Source of the DNA: Eledone cirrhosa
Lineage: Eukaryota
Direction of reading: 5' to 3'
Assembly: GCA_964016885.1 (NCBI GenBank)
Contig: OZ024760.1
Location: 29,512,001 to 29,576,000 of the forward strand
Length of the DNA stretch: 64,000 bases
Below are positions 35,993 to 48,428 of the stretch, piece after piece. Below the pieces are notes generated by a model. That model worked only from the letters and a program-made list of their open reading frames with translations. It was not told where the DNA came from and did no database searches. The number at the start of each line of letters is the position of its first letter. The first letter of the stretch is position 1. The translations under genes and the position numbers were made by a program.

Positions 35993-38610
35993 ATCATTAT
36001 CATCGTTTAACGTCCCTCTTCCACGCTAGCATGGGTTTAGACGGGAATTATCCCACTTGAGGCAAGATTGGTTGTCTCGCTCGTATAGGACTGTCTGGCA
36101 GGTTTTCTGCGGCTGGATGCCCTTCCTAACGCCAACCACATTTACAGTGTGGGACTGGGAGGTTTTTACTGTGTTACCTACACGGCCACATTGCAGCGTG
36201 GACTGTGTGTATTTTTGTCGTGACACCTATACGACCTCATTAATTTAGGACTGGATGTTGTGGTACCAACATAACTTTACAGAGAAAGGGGTGGGGGTCG
36301 GGGTAGTGGGACGGGGGTATATTTTTGTTAGAGGTGCCTACTGACTAGGTTTCGCTTTGTACATAGGCAAGGCGGGTCTTCTGTATTACTGTGTAGCGCC
36401 AAAGATCTCGGTCAAGTGACATTGTCTTGGAGAGGTGTCAGAATTTATCAAGTCGTCCCAGGTTTTTCTGGGTCTACCTACTCCGTAGCTACCGTCTATT
36501 TTGATCGCCCTGCACTTTTTTTATACAGCTGTCATCTTTCATGCGCATCACATGACCACACCAACATAGTCTTCTCTCAAGTAAACAGCATCTGATCCCT
36601 CTTATTCCTAATTTCTCACTTAGTTCATTTATGCTTTGCCGTTCACGTTTATTACTATTACACATCCAACGGAGCATGCAAGCTTCGTTCCTTTCCAGTC
36701 TGCGCCGGTCCTCTGCACGCAATGCCCAGGTCTCACTGCCATGTAGCATTGCTGTTCGTATACAGGCATCATACAATCTGCCTTTCATTTTTAGAGAGAA
36801 CCCTTTAGCGCCTAATAGTGGTATAAGCTCTCTGAACTTTTTCCATCCAGTTCTGACTCTAGCTACTGCACTTTCGTAGCACCCGCCACCACTGCTGATT
36901 TTGTCACCCAGGTAACAGAAAGTGTCCACTATTTCTATAGAACCATCTGTGCAATGGAATGAGCTAGTATCCTTTTGACACTTGCTACTTATTGCACCTG
37001 AGCATTGGCCACATATAAAATCTATATTCTTAGATAGTTTACCTGTGATCCCACTACATCTTTTATGTGCCCATACTTTGCATTTGGGACATAAAATGGA
37101 GTTTCTGCCTACTCCTTTCCTACACACTGAACATGGCCATTTCTCAGAGGGGACCAGTGCCCTATTTTCATTTCTACAAACTAGAACTTTAGTCTTAGAC
37201 AAGTTAACTTTAAGGCCTTTTGATTCTAGGCCATGCTTCCATGTTTGGAATTTCTTCTCTAGTTCAGCCATCGATTCAGCTATGAGCGTTAGATCGTCTG
37301 CCTATAGAAGTTCCCATGGGCAGCCAGTCTTGAACTCCTCTGTTATAGCCTGAAGGGCAATAATAAATAAGAGGGGGCTAAGGACAGAGCCTGGCGATAT
37401 CCAATTTTAGTGGACTAAATGCTGCTTATGTGCTGTAGTTGCTGCTCACTTCAATGTATAAGGCTATTCCAACAAATTTACATTCCCTTTTTTTTAGCCG
37501 TTAAAAGAAATATAGATTTATTGTTTTTTTTTTGCGATTTATTTGCCACTGGGGCATAGATTTCTTTATTTGCCACGTTTTTGCTTGTTTGTTTGTTTTT
37601 TTTGCCGATCTGTGGGGATATTTTTGCCAGCCAACAAATGGTCCTCTTCTTCCGATACCACTTCGAAAGAAGGATCAAGGTGGAGAGAAAGGCACTCAGT
37701 CCCAGCCAATTCCATGAAAGATGGGTGAAAGTAGCAATAATGGCCCGTGTAAGTGGGCCATCTCTCTATATCGGCTTGTACAGGTAAGAGAAGAAGGGAG
37801 CACCCCCCTCTCTCTGTGCTCCCTGGCAGAAAGGTCGCACACTTTTTACGGGGGTGTGTGTGACCCCAAAAGGCTGCCTCTCTATTGAGGACTTAAACAA
37901 ACAAAAACGTGGCAAATAAAGAAATCTATGCCCCAGTGGCAAATAAATCGCAAAAAAAAAAACAATAAATAAATCTATATTTCTTTTAACGGCTAAAAAA
38001 AGGGGAATGTAAATTTGTTGGAATAGCCTCATACATTGAAGTAAACAGCAACTACAGCACGTAAGCAGCATTTAGTCCACTAAAATTGGATATCGCCCAG
38101 AGCCTTGATGAACACCAACTTTTACACTAAATTCTTCACAATATTCATTGTTAATTCTAACCTTACTGACTGTTTCATTATATAGCTTGTATAGCTCTCA
38201 CAACCCATTCATCAACATCTAGTTTTCTAAGAGCCCACCAGATAATGGAACGGGGGACTCTGTCAAAGACTTTCTCCAAATCAACAAAAGCTAAGTATAG
38301 GGGTTTCCTTTTAGCTAGGTACTTCTCCTGTCGTTGTCGTACAAGGAAAAGAGCATCTGTGGTACTTTTACCTGACACAAACCCAAACTGCATTTCATCT
38401 AGATCAATTCGCTCTCTGATTAGTTGCGCTATAACCCTTTCTGTGACCTTCATAACCTGATCAATCAATTTAATGCCTCTATAGTTTCCCCTATCTAGGG
38501 CATCTCCTTTATCCTTGTAGCAGTTAATGATGATGCTGCTACGCCAGTCATTTGGTATGACCCCATTCTGTATGACTTGGTTTACTATGCGGGTGACCAT
38601 AGTATGTCTA
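35993..38610 (-). mobile_element. RTE LINE (RT half), split by a MITE insertion
   Basis: ORFs 36489-37271 and 38178-38600; the LINE sequence ggaCAGAGCCTtgatg resumes exactly after the insert. Confidence 0.95.
37393..38097. mobile_element. 705-bp non-autonomous DNA transposon with ~195-bp TIRs and an 8-bp TSD (CAGAGCCT)
   Basis: GGCGATATCCAATTTTAGTGGACTAAATGCTGC... mirrored by ...GCAGCATTTAGTCCACTAAAATTGGATATCGCC; CAGAGCCT at 37385-37392 and 38098-38105. Confidence 0.95.
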
Positions 38611-38820
38611 TCAAAGAAACTAAACCTTCTCTATCTACATACACACTTTATGCCAATAACTCTCACATTTTGGATATAAGTGAAGAGTTATTTTATGTGG
38701 CTTTCTTTTAAACTAAAAAAACTACACATACAAATAGTGTTACCTCTAAGAAACTAAACTAATATATACATAACTCATATTTCTCCCTACACCAGTCATC
38801 TCTCTATAAACCTCTCTCTT

Positions 38821-39868
38821 CATCATCATCATCTTCGTTTAACGTCCATATTCCACGCTCGCATGGGTTTGGACGGGAGTTTTTCCACTTGAGGCAAGAG
38901 TGGTTGTCTTGCTCGCATAGGACTGTCTGGCGGGTTTTCTACGGCTGGATGCCCTTCCTAACACCAACCACATTTACAGTGTGGAACTGGGAGGTTTTTA
39001 CCGTGTTACCTACACGGCCACATTACAGCGTGGACTGTGTGTTTTTTTTGTCGTGACACCTACACGACCTCATTTGTTTCGGGCTGGATGTTGTGGTACC
39101 AACATAACTTTACATTGAAAGGGGTGGGGGTAGTGGGACGGGGGTGTATTTTGTTAGAGGTACCTACTGACTGTAGTAGGTTTCACTTTGCACTTAGGTA
39201 AGGCGGGTCTTCTCTATTACTGTGTAGCGCCAAAGATCTCGGTCCAGTGACATTGTCTTGGATAGGTGTAAGTGTGTGAGGTCAGAATTTATCAAGTCGT
39301 CCCAGGTTTTTCTGGGTCTGCCTACTCCGTGGCTACCATCTATTTTTATTGCCCTGCACTTTTTTATACAGCTGTCGTCTTTCATCCGCATCACGTGACC
39401 ATACCAACGTAGTCTTCTCTCGAATAAACTACATCTGATCCTTCTTATTTCTAATTTCTCCCTTAGTTCGTTTATGCTTTGCCGTTCACGTATATTACTA
39501 TTACACATCCAGCGGAGCATGCAAGCTTCGTTTCTCTCCAGTCAGCATATATCTTCTGCACACAATGCCCAGGTCTCACTGCCATGTAACATTGCTGTTC
39601 GTATGCAGGCATCATACAACCTGCCTTTCATTTTTAGAGAGAACCCTTTAGCGGCCAATAGTGGTATAAGCTCTCTGAACTTTTTCCATCCCGTTCTGAC
39701 TCTAGCTACTGTACTTTCAGCGCATCCTCCCTCACTGCTGATTTTATCACCCAGGTAACGGAAGCTGTCCACTATTTCTATAGAACCATCTGTGCAATGG
39801 AATGAGTTAGTATTTGTGGGCACTTGCTGCTACTTATTGCACCAGAGTACCAGCCACATATAAAATTT
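38821..39868 (-). mobile_element. 5'-truncated RTE LINE
   Basis: ORFs 39194-39520 and 39542-39823 ([21 protein letters not shown]) plus 3' UTR and tail. Confidence 0.93.
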
Positions 39869-40844
39869 GAATATATTCTAAACCATGCCACATACTCTTC
39901 AGACCCTAAAATACGTTTTACTATCTTTACTATATACTTTCTACTAAGAAAAATATATAAACCTTCTTCGCTATACTGGAAAATACCTTTCCTTGTAAGA
40001 AACAAAACCTCTCTATACGGCTACATTTTTATTATCTTCTCTATTTCTTTCACACCCAACGAAGTATGGCAGCTTCATGTTTGTCCTCTTGTACATAGAG
40101 AAACCTGTTGTTGTAAACAGAGGGTGTAACTCCACGCCATTGATGTTATCCAACTCATTTCTGTAATAAAGTGTCTTGCTCAAGAACACAACGCAAATCC
40201 CGCTCTTTTTATTGAAACATTTTCTGTTTATTTCCTTCCATAATGTCACAAATAATTATTTAAACATTAGTTTTGTTTGGTTTCTGCCATACCTTACATT
40301 CTAATGTAATACAACATCCCTCCTTTTTATCATTTAAGTTGGTAAATAATATATTTCTAGTTCCCTTCATGATATCCTCGTCTTTTCTTGTAAATTCGTT
40401 TTGGAGGACTTGTTCCCGTCACACATAATGTTGGTTGCTATATTCTGGTTATTAATATTAACCAGAATCTTTTGAGATCTGTCGTCTTTGGTCAGGGTCA
40501 ATATTACACCCCTTTTGAACGAATTTCTTTTTGGATATCATCGTAATCAAAGATCAGTGTTAACTAGATCGATATTGCTTTAACTTACCTAACATTCTTT
40601 CTTTAGAAATTTAATATACATTCTTAGTTTCTTTCTTGAAAAACTCACTTTCTTCGTCCCTTTCTTTAGACACTTAATATACATTTAAAGTTTCTTTTTT
40701 CGTCATTTACATTCGTTAGTTTTAAACACTTCATCTACATTTTTAGTTTCTTTAAGAAACTTCATTTTCACTTAGTTTCTTTAGTTACCTCCCTTGATGT
40801 CACAAAAGGTTTTCTTGTTTCCTCTATTTAAATGTATATATAAT

Positions 40845-41022
40845 AATTGTTTCTACATTTGGCACAAGGCCAGCAATAACCCAGTACATTACTGGTACTT
40901 TATTTTATCGACCTCGTAAGGATGAAAGGCAAAGTTAACCTCGGCGGGATTTGAACTCGGACAGTAAAGGGACGTAACTATGCTGTAAAGCATGGCGTCC
41001 GACTCTCTACCTATACTGCCAA
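40845..41022 (-). mobile_element. SINE family A
   Basis: Reverse complement of the 15222 copy. Confidence 0.83.
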
Positions 41023-41672
41023 TAAAATACAAACTTGGAAGAATTTTATAAAGTTTAATGTTCTTTTTATTGATAACGTAAGTCAATGACACTCATATCT
41101 TTTTACAGATGTCCAGCCTTCAATGTCATTTTCTGTGTTGTAACAAGTGGGAATGGCGAAGTTTCTGTTAATAAAGAAAGTTTATATATATAAGAATTGT
41201 GTTCAGTTTATTTTGACAAAAATGAATAAAGACTGTATAAGAAACTGAGTGTACATATATTATATATATATATATATTACATACATAAATATAATGTATA
41301 CATAATATATATATATTACCTATATATAATGTATACATAATATATATATATTATATACATATAATGTATACATTATATATATATTATATACATATAATGT
41401 ATACATTATATATATATATATATAGTATATACATATATATAATGTATACATAAAATATATATATATATAGTATATACATATTATATATAATGTATATATA
41501 TTATAGTAATAAGAATATTTATATATGTTTGATATAACTATAAATATGTAGGGTAGTACTCAGTACTAGCCGGTTACTGGTATGACAAAAGGCTCAATGC
41601 AAATTTTCAAGTGTTTTACAGAGCTGAGATACAAAGTTGTAAACGATCAAATTTTAGTTTAGAACATTTATT

Positions 41673-41719
41673 TGCTGACAATTGTTTCTTCCAGAGGGAA
41701 GTCTGGAATCATCGGAGCA
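41673..41719 (-). ncRNA. Minimal (Penelope-type) hammerhead ribozyme motif with one core substitution
   Basis: Minus strand: UGCU-CCGAUGA-UUCCAGA(cuuccc)UCUGGAA-GAAA-CAAUUG-UC-AGCA, then AAUAAA. Confidence 0.7.
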
Positions 41720-42419
41720 TAAGGAATGTCGAAACATGTAACTAGAATCCTAGTCATTTAGAACATTTAGGGCACATAAGTGTTATTAGTGTCAAAGGCA
41801 TCATGTGGAGAGTCAGGAGTTAAAAAGATGTTCCGCTTGAAAGAACACAATTACAGGTAGCACTGGTTGGAAGTGTAATAGGTATAAGGAAAAGTAAAAA
41901 GCAAAACAAAATACAGGCGAAAAAGTTATAAGCAAGGAAAATTGGTGTAGAATGCAGGAGTCAATAAGGCATGTATGAGGAAAGAGTTATAATACAGTTG
42001 AAATAAACATATTTTGCGTGGGGTGTTAAATCATGTTATAATTGTTATAAATGTTTAAGATAGCGTGCAATTTGTTAGAGAGGCGTGTGGTGATAATGTA
42101 GGTATTTGTTATGTAAGGTGTAATGCAAAGCACGTGATAGAGTTGGATATGTGATTTTCATTTAAGTGTTTATGTGTTGTAGTTCGTATGTATGTGTATA
42201 TGTTGTTTGTAACTCACAGCTATTAACCAAGGGATTATTTTGAGTCGTTTATAGTCAATATTACATTGATGTTTGTTAAATGTAAATTCCACCGAATTAC
42301 TGGCTATCTTGTTATTGTAGCTATATTACAGGTGATATGCTCTGTACATATAGTGTTCAGTTCCGAAGTAGTCGCAAGAGTATAGAGAGCTGCTCGTCAG
42401 AACGAGGCCGGCAGTGATT

Positions 42420-45400
42420 AAGAGAGTGAGAAACAAGTCTCGTCTATTTATAATGCCTAAGGGAAGTAACTCTAATTAATTCTCTTTTTTGAGATGAGAG
42501 GCAAATAACCCTAAGGTAATTGTAGCGAGCCCGCAAGAAATTGGTATGAAAAAGGTACATGAAAAAACAATACAAAAAAGAAACTATATAGTTAAAGAAA
42601 ACTTTCAAACAAGGTAAAGAAAAGCATGTAATACACAATACAAAAAAGGCTCCATAGTGGCCAGTTCAGATAAAAACTGTTTGACAAAATCTTTTGGGCC
42701 AGTGGACTCTTCGACCGGAACGGGTCGTGGTCTTGTATGTCGATGAAGGTGAGGCAGAAGGAGCAGGTGGATGAAAAATGGGGGTATATGTGGCTCAGGT
42801 GTATGAGCTTCTGTGTATGCCCTTTTCAATCTGTCAACCGAAATTGTCTTTCTGGATCCCTTAATGTCTACAGTAAAATGTTTGTTAGTACGTGCTAACA
42901 CACGGTAGGGTCCAGAGTACGGTTGTGTGAGAGGTGGTCTAACAGTGGCATCTCTGACAAAAACATGGGTCCACGAGGCAATATCCCTCGGGACTGCAAT
43001 TTTAACAGTTTGTTTTCTGGTATCCATAGGCAGTAAGTCCTAAAAATACGAGCGCAAACGAGATACGTAGGAAAGGGGATCTTGAGTAGCAAGATCAACA
43101 GGGGCAAGCATTTGCCCAGACAACGCTAGAGGAGCACCATACAACAATTCAGCCGGGGAGAACCCAAGGTCCTCCTTTATTGAAGACCGAATTCCTAACA
43201 ACACAATAGGAAGGTACTCGCTCCAACATAGAGTCTGGATAAGCACGAAGAGCGGTGAAAACGCTCCACCATTCCGTTTGAAGCAGGATGATAAGATGTG
43301 GTCCGAATGCGTTGAGTGCCAATAATCTTTGTTAACTCCGAGAAAAGATGTGATTCGAATTGCCTACCATGGTCTGTAGTAATTGTGGTTGGCACGCCAT
43401 AGTGGGCAATCCACCCTGATACCAGGGCACGTGCTATCATGTCGGCAGTAATGTCTTTTAAGGGGATGGCTTCAAGCGATCGCGAAAAACGATCAATGCA
43501 GGTCAAAAGGTAAGAATATCCACTACTGACTGGCCAAGGTCCAACGATATCGATGTGGATGTGTCGAAAACGAGCATCCGGAGTACTGAAAGTACCAAGT
43601 GGAGTCCGGATGTGTCTGTGGACTTTAGATTTTTGACACTGTATGCAGGAACGGCACCAAGCACTAATTTCACGCCTCATATTTGGCCAGAAAAATCTAG
43701 CTGTTATGAGATTTACTGTGGCTGAAGATCCTGGGTGAGAATTGCTGTGCAAAGCAAGGAACACAATTCGACAGTGTGTCTCGGGAATATAAGGTCGAGA
43801 TGAATCTGTAGACACATTGCAGAGAATCTGCCTGTCGGTGGTCGACAAGGGCAGATATTTCAGGTTGCAAGTCGCAAATTCAGCTGATGAAGTATCCAAC
43901 GATTCGAGTGCAGGTTGGTCTGCTGCCAAACGACTTAAATCTATCTCCTGGGATGACGAAATTGAGCTGATTGGCAAACGTGACAAGGCGTCTGCGGCTG
44001 TGTTTAATGAGTCAGAAATGTGCTGGATATCATTGGTAAACTGCGAAATGTAATCGAGGTGCCTTGTCTCTCTGGGTGGATATTTGTCGGCTTTACCCCC
44101 TCAAAGCGAAGGTTAGAGGTTTGTGGTCAGTGAAAACCGTAAAATTTCTTCCCTCAAGAATATGAGAAAAATGTTTCACCGACAGATATATGGCTAATAA
44201 CTCCCAACTAAACATGCTGTGACAAGTTTCTGCCGGTTTCAGCTTCCTGGAGAAAAATGCCAAAGGTTGTTGGTGTTTAGCGTTATACTGTTGTAAAACT
44301 GCTCCCACGGCGGTATCAGATGCATCAACACAAAGCGAAAGTTTGGCATCGGGTACTGGGTGGGCTAGCAAAGATGAATTAGCAAGTGCTGTCTTGGCAG
44401 TCTGGAAATCTTGAAGTTGTGCTTGTGTCAAGGAAATATCCTCAGTCTTCTTACGACAATTTTTCAAAATCTCAGTAAGGGAAGACAGTAGTTTTGCACA
44501 TTGAGGGATAAAACGTCTATAAAAATTGATTAGGCCTAGGAAGTGACGCAACTGACAAAGTGGGGTAGGCGGAGATAAGTCCTGTATAGCTTTAACTCTC
44601 TGCGGAAGGGGTCGAGTACCTTCGGCGTCGATGACGTGACCTAAAAAATTTAGTGAAGCAGATCCGAAAACACATTTTGCGGGATTTATTCAAACGCGGT
44701 AATCCTGGAGTCGGCAAAATAAAAGGTTCAGGTGACGCATATGCTTATCTGGAGAGGAACTAGCGACGAGAAGATCATCTATATATCCATAAACGAAGTC
44801 CAGACCACGAGTGACCTCATCTATGAACCGCTGAAAAGTGCTAGCGGCATTCCTGAGTCCAAAAGGCATGGTTAAAATCTCAAAGGATCCGAAAGGAGTC
44901 GTAATAGCCGTTTTCGGAATGTCTTCCTTCCTGACTGGAATTTGGTGGTAAGCTCGCACTAAATCGAGTTTGGAGAAAATCTTACAACCCTGCAATGAAG
45001 ATGCAAAATCCTGGAGGTGGGGAATCGGATATCTATCCGGGACAGTCATTGCGTTTAACCTCCTATAATCTCCAGTGGGTCTCCAGTCGCCAGAAGTCTT
45101 GGGCACCATATGTAATGGGGAAGCCCAAGGACTCGTAGATAGGCGAATAATGCCCAGCTGCAGCATATGGTCGAACTCGGACCGTGCTGCCTTCAACTTG
45201 TCCGCCGGTAAACGACGTGGACGTGAAAATACTGGAGCATCGGTTGTGGAAATAAAATGTTCGGTTGCGTGAGTTGGCTCCGTAACTCGAAAATTTCCAT
45301 CGATGAGCTCCAGGAACGATCCTAACAACGAATGGTAGGCGTCTCCAGCGGCAGCGATGAAGAATATTGGGCTGATCGTTGGAGCACTGGCTTTTCGGCC

Positions 45401-46046
45401 ACGAATTGAGAAACCGGTGATGTCATCCACCAGACGTTGGCCTCGGACATCTACAGTCAAGGGGAAATTGTGGAGGAAATCCACTCCCAAGATTGGATAT
45501 GGCAAGTCAGCGACCGTAAAAATCCATTTAAAATCCCTATGAAGATTTTGGAATTTGAGGGTAAGTGAGATTTGTCCGTACATCTTTATAGACAAGTGGT
45601 TAACAGCCTGCAGAGTAATGGATGATTCAACAGGGGTATGCTTCATGCGATAGACCAGCCTAATACTATAGGAGGCTCCTGTATCCACGGGGAAGGATCT
45701 TCCAGACAGGAGGTCCTTAATGAAGAAGTAGCGGTTTGGGGGCTTTACGCTGAGGTCAACTGCCGCCCTCGGCGAACCTCTCTGGTGTTTCCCGACTTCA
45801 CGAATGAACAAGGCTGTATACAGTGGTTCGCCTTTCCAGCCAAACGCTCGTGGTACCAGCATAAAGATGAATTGTTGGCGGGGAATTGGCGCGCCAATGA
45901 GAAGAAGAAGAAGATAGATCCCGACACAGTTTAGCCACTTGACGAGCAGCGAATAAGAGAGTAAGAAACACAAGTCTCGTCTATTTATAATGCCTACGGG
46001 AAGTAACTCTAATTAATTCTCTTTTTTTACTCTAGGGGTCGCTACA
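42420..46046 (-). mobile_element. Degenerate Gypsy/Ty3 LTR retrotransposon (gag end, PR, RT, RNase H, integrase)
   Basis: CWYH...C...PC gag knuckle, VDTGAS protease, [42 protein letters not shown] RNase H, H-H-C-C and D,D35E integrase, and GPY module, in Gypsy order. A ~70-bp LTR-like direct repeat lies at 42419-42490 and 45954-46028. Confidence 0.95.
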
Positions 46047-46081
46047 AGTTTTATACCCCTATAATTGCTCCTCACCAGATG

Positions 46082-46142
46082 TATATATATATATATATAT
46101 TTCGATGATAGCCATTGAATGGCTATGACCTCATCAGGCAGT
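46082..46142 (-). ncRNA. Truncated hammerhead ribozyme motif (3' strand of stem I missing)
   Basis: Minus strand: ACUGC-CUGAUGA-GGUCAUAGCC(auucaau)GGCUAUCAUC-GAAA-(UA)n; homologous to 55525-55579. Confidence 0.6.
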
Positions 46143-46568
46143 TAGTCAGTTCTTAGAAATGCCAGCTCTGTGTTTATAGTGTTGATGGTATCAGAGCCTA
46201 GGGACATATATATGTATATATATATTTATATCTCTCTCTCTATATATATATATATGTATATATATACATATATATATGTATATATATATATGTATATATA
46301 TATATGTGTGTATATATATATATGTAGTGAAATCTGTCCGCGCCTTGAACCTTGGGTGACACCTAAAAGTCAAACTCTAGGTCACCACCCTTTTGGTCTG
46401 GCTAGGTTCATGCGTGGGCTATCCCCTCGAGGTGGGAGACAGAAGGCGACAGGTATATAAAGCCTGTATCACCCCACGTCTAATACAGAGAGATTGGAGC
46501 ACCACGATACAGACAAGTTATGTGAAAGATTCACCGCTACCTTCAGGCCACAGACGTCTACAGACCAT

Positions 46569-46631
<63 letters not shown>

Positions 46632-46818
46632 GGTCTCAGACTACACCAGCCTCATGAACCAACAACAAAATAACACTGTCAACCTTCGCAACTCATGGTA
46701 ACTTGTTTATTGTTCTTTTTGACTGAAGTGAAATGAACCTTTATATAAAGTATATCACTTATTCTTGTTATAATCATTCTAACAACTACTAATACCCTTC
46801 GTTAAATATATATATATG

Positions 46819-46878
<60 letters not shown>

Positions 46879-46905
46879 TATATATATACACATATATATA
46901 TATAC

Positions 46906-46961
<56 letters not shown>

Positions 46962-47390
46962 CATAATATATATATTACATAATATATATATTACATATAT
47001 TATTACATAATCACACACAAGAAGAAATTGCTGAATAACAGAATTGAACGAACATTATTCTGCCGTCACCGAACTAAAACCCTTTTTTCCCACTACAAGC
47101 CGAATATTACATAAAAGAGGGACATCCCCCCAACTATATAAACCTCAATCTAGTTAGAAAAATATAAAAACAATCTCTTCTCAACATATATATGTATATT
47201 AATAACCTCAAATTACCACACTAATAATGGAAAGATATGCTGATGAGAATAGCTGCAAAAATGCGATAATGAATGTGTCTAAAAGCGACTATAAGTATGT
47301 ATATATATGTGAAAATGTATATAAATAAGTAAATATATATATATGTTTGATGTGTATAGTTAGATGTAAGTGTATTCATGTATTAAAGTG

Positions 47391-47446
<56 letters not shown>

Positions 47447-47471
47447 TATAGAGATATAGAGATATATATGT

Positions 47472-48428
47472 ACTAGACATGAAAAATGCGCAAGCTCAAA
47501 AGTGCCACAGAATGTTATAATAAACCTTCAAAAGTGTGGGACTAGAGTTGTTGCTAAAAAATATTGTAATCATTATATATCGTACATTCTGTGGCATCCT
47601 TTATAAAAATAGCTTAAACCAACGAAGCCTTTATTTTTACGCTATTTCACTTAGTTAATTCTTAGAGTGTAACATATAAAAATATGATTTACAACTATAA
47701 AATAAATGAATTAATATAATAACAGAGCTGCGGAGCTGAAATTTAGGAAATAATGGAGTATCGGATCCTGAGTTGGAGTCAGTCAATTTTTGGCCGACTC
47801 CGCAGCCCTGTATAATACATTTCATATTAAAGTTATTAATAAACCTATTTTACACTTCATGCAAATTACCACGAGATATTGATGTTAGATATAAGATACA
47901 GCGCAATATCTACAGCTGTAAAAGTACGAAAGCGAAGTAATAATAAGTGGCTTAAGGTAATTCCAATATGAAAGTTTGTAGTGATAAAAATTTGATAATG
48001 CAATACGATTGTTAATATTATAGTTCTATGAAAATGTAACAATAGATAACTAAATTAGTTTACTATTAGTATATTTAAGAAATTATCATTATAGATTTGA
48101 TCGTTCATATAAGCATCATATTAAGTTTCAACACAATTATTTTGTTACTATGAGTATATGATAATAATATTACGTAATTATTTATAGCTGTTATTACATT
48201 AAACATAGATGTATTTATTTTTATATGTTACACTCTAAGAATTAACTAAGTGAAATAGCGTAAAAATAAAGGCTTCGTTGGTTTAAGCTATTTTTATAAA
48301 GGATGCCACAGAATGTACGATATATAATGATTACAATATTTTTTAGCAACAACTCTAGTCCCACACTTTTGAAGGTTTATTATAACATTCTGTGGCACTT
48401 TTGAGCTTGCGCATTTTTCATGTCTAGT
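47472..48428. repeat. 213-bp inverted repeat pair (47472-47684 / 48216-48428) around a 531-bp spacer; foldback-like
   Basis: The arms read as exact reverse complements by eye (ACTAGACATGAAAAATGCGC... / ...GCGCATTTTTCATGTCTAGT). Confidence 0.93.
47723..47810. mobile_element. 88-bp hAT-type mini-MITE
   Basis: TIR CAGAGCTGCGGAG ... CTCCGCAGCCCTG; flanks TATAATAA / TATAATAC give a 7/8 match to an 8-bp TSD. Confidence 0.7.

Noticed and set aside
42360-42410. CTGACGA-GCAG...TTGC on the minus strand as a hammerhead
   Set aside because: Followed by GAC rather than GAAA, and stems I and III are absent.
46323-46795. Possible solo LTR (TG start, TATA, (CT)n)
   Set aside because: No clear CA end, TSD or second copy in the window, so it is left unannotated.
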